From assembly GCF_965363235.1 (NCBI RefSeq), contig NC_134842.1, forward strand, positions 33,891,757 to 33,912,756: a stretch of DNA of 21,000 bases, in the 5' to 3' direction. The first letter of the stretch is position 1. Every line of letters starts with the position of its first letter. Origin of the DNA: Mytilus galloprovincialis (lineage: Eukaryota). Under the pieces are notes generated by a model. That model did not search any database, had not been told where the DNA came from, and was given only the letters and a program-made list of their open reading frames with translations. The translations under genes were made by a program, and so were the position numbers. Shown here one piece after another: positions 20,746 to 21,000 of this stretch.

Positions 20746-21000
20746 CTAATGCTAGTGACAGATACGTTGCTATGGGACTTGTTGGTTTTAATCCGACGAT
20801 AGACTTAGGCAACCAGTCCATCCGATATAATCATTTGGTAACCAGTCTTCAGGGCCAGACCAGGATGTTAACTGGAAATATCAGGAATGAGATGGATAGT
20901 CGGATATCAAATGCAGTTTACACCGGAAATGGATTGGCCATTCATGACGCAATTGCAAATTTTAGACAGCTATTCAAAAATAAGTCTGGAAAGAAATATG
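20746..21000 (+). CDS. Gene 2 exon running off the window end, encoding a divergent VWA-like domain 6 (A-NASDRYVAMGLVGFNPTIDLGNQSIRYNHLVTSL…AVYTGNGLAIHDAIANFRQLFKNKSGKKY…), entered in phase 1.
   Basis: Acceptor gatatcaaattgcag|CT at 20744-20745. 85 codons are open to the window edge in the phase dictated by the previous exon. The T-G-N-G-x-A-I…F segment resembles the VWA α2/α3 'TNTGxAL' region. The βA strand and MIDAS are not recognisable. Confidence 0.55.

Noticed and set aside
1-21000. A prokaryotic defence or mobile 'system' (operon, CRISPR, toxin-antitoxin and similar).
   Set aside because: All signals are eukaryotic: spliced genes with GT/GC-AG introns, a poly-A signal, microsatellites and SINE/MITE repeats. 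No Shine-Dalgarno-led gene series is present.

Overview
This window is eukaryotic nuclear DNA, not prokaryotic. It is AT-rich and has GT-AG introns, (TA)n microsatellites, an AATAAA signal and SINE/MITE-type repeats. The interspersed-repeat core (…CAATGAGACAACTCTCCA…GGTACGGCCTTCAACACGGAGCC…CTATAAAGGGCC…) looks like a family I recall from Mytilus (mussel) genomes, so a bivalve mollusc is likely (an inference from memory of that family, not a search result). There is no CRISPR array, operon or bacterial defence system. The six-frame ORF track is misleading here: several of its 'M' starts are TTG, and the real genes are spliced.

Two same-strand (+) genes are present. Gene 1 is 5'-truncated and its last six exons occupy 84-4709. 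They encode a type-2 (peritrophin-A) chitin-binding domain with six cysteines, followed by a cysteine-containing exon, a 137-aa exon with no domain I recognise, and three short exons ending at a TAA at 4707-4709, with AATAAA at 4881. An intergenic stretch of about 7.7 kb follows, full of repeats: a SINE-like element with an A-tail, a Tourist-like MITE with a TTA target-site duplication, minisatellites and microsatellites. Gene 2 is 3'-truncated and starts at 12480 with a signal-peptide exon. It continues with at least five tandem von Willebrand factor A (VWA) domains. Most are encoded one domain per exon with phase-1 boundaries, and they are separated by homologous 30-33 nt linker micro-exons. 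The exon running off the window end begins a sixth, divergent VWA-like domain.

The combination of secreted tandem VWA domains with a ChtBD2 domain matches Pif/BMSP-type molluscan shell-matrix proteins. I interpret the locus as a tandem pair of such genes, which is an inference I cannot confirm without a database search. All exon boundaries are derived by hand from splice consensus and reading-frame/phase continuity. The VWA exons are solid; the micro-exons and the last three small exons of gene 1 are less certain.
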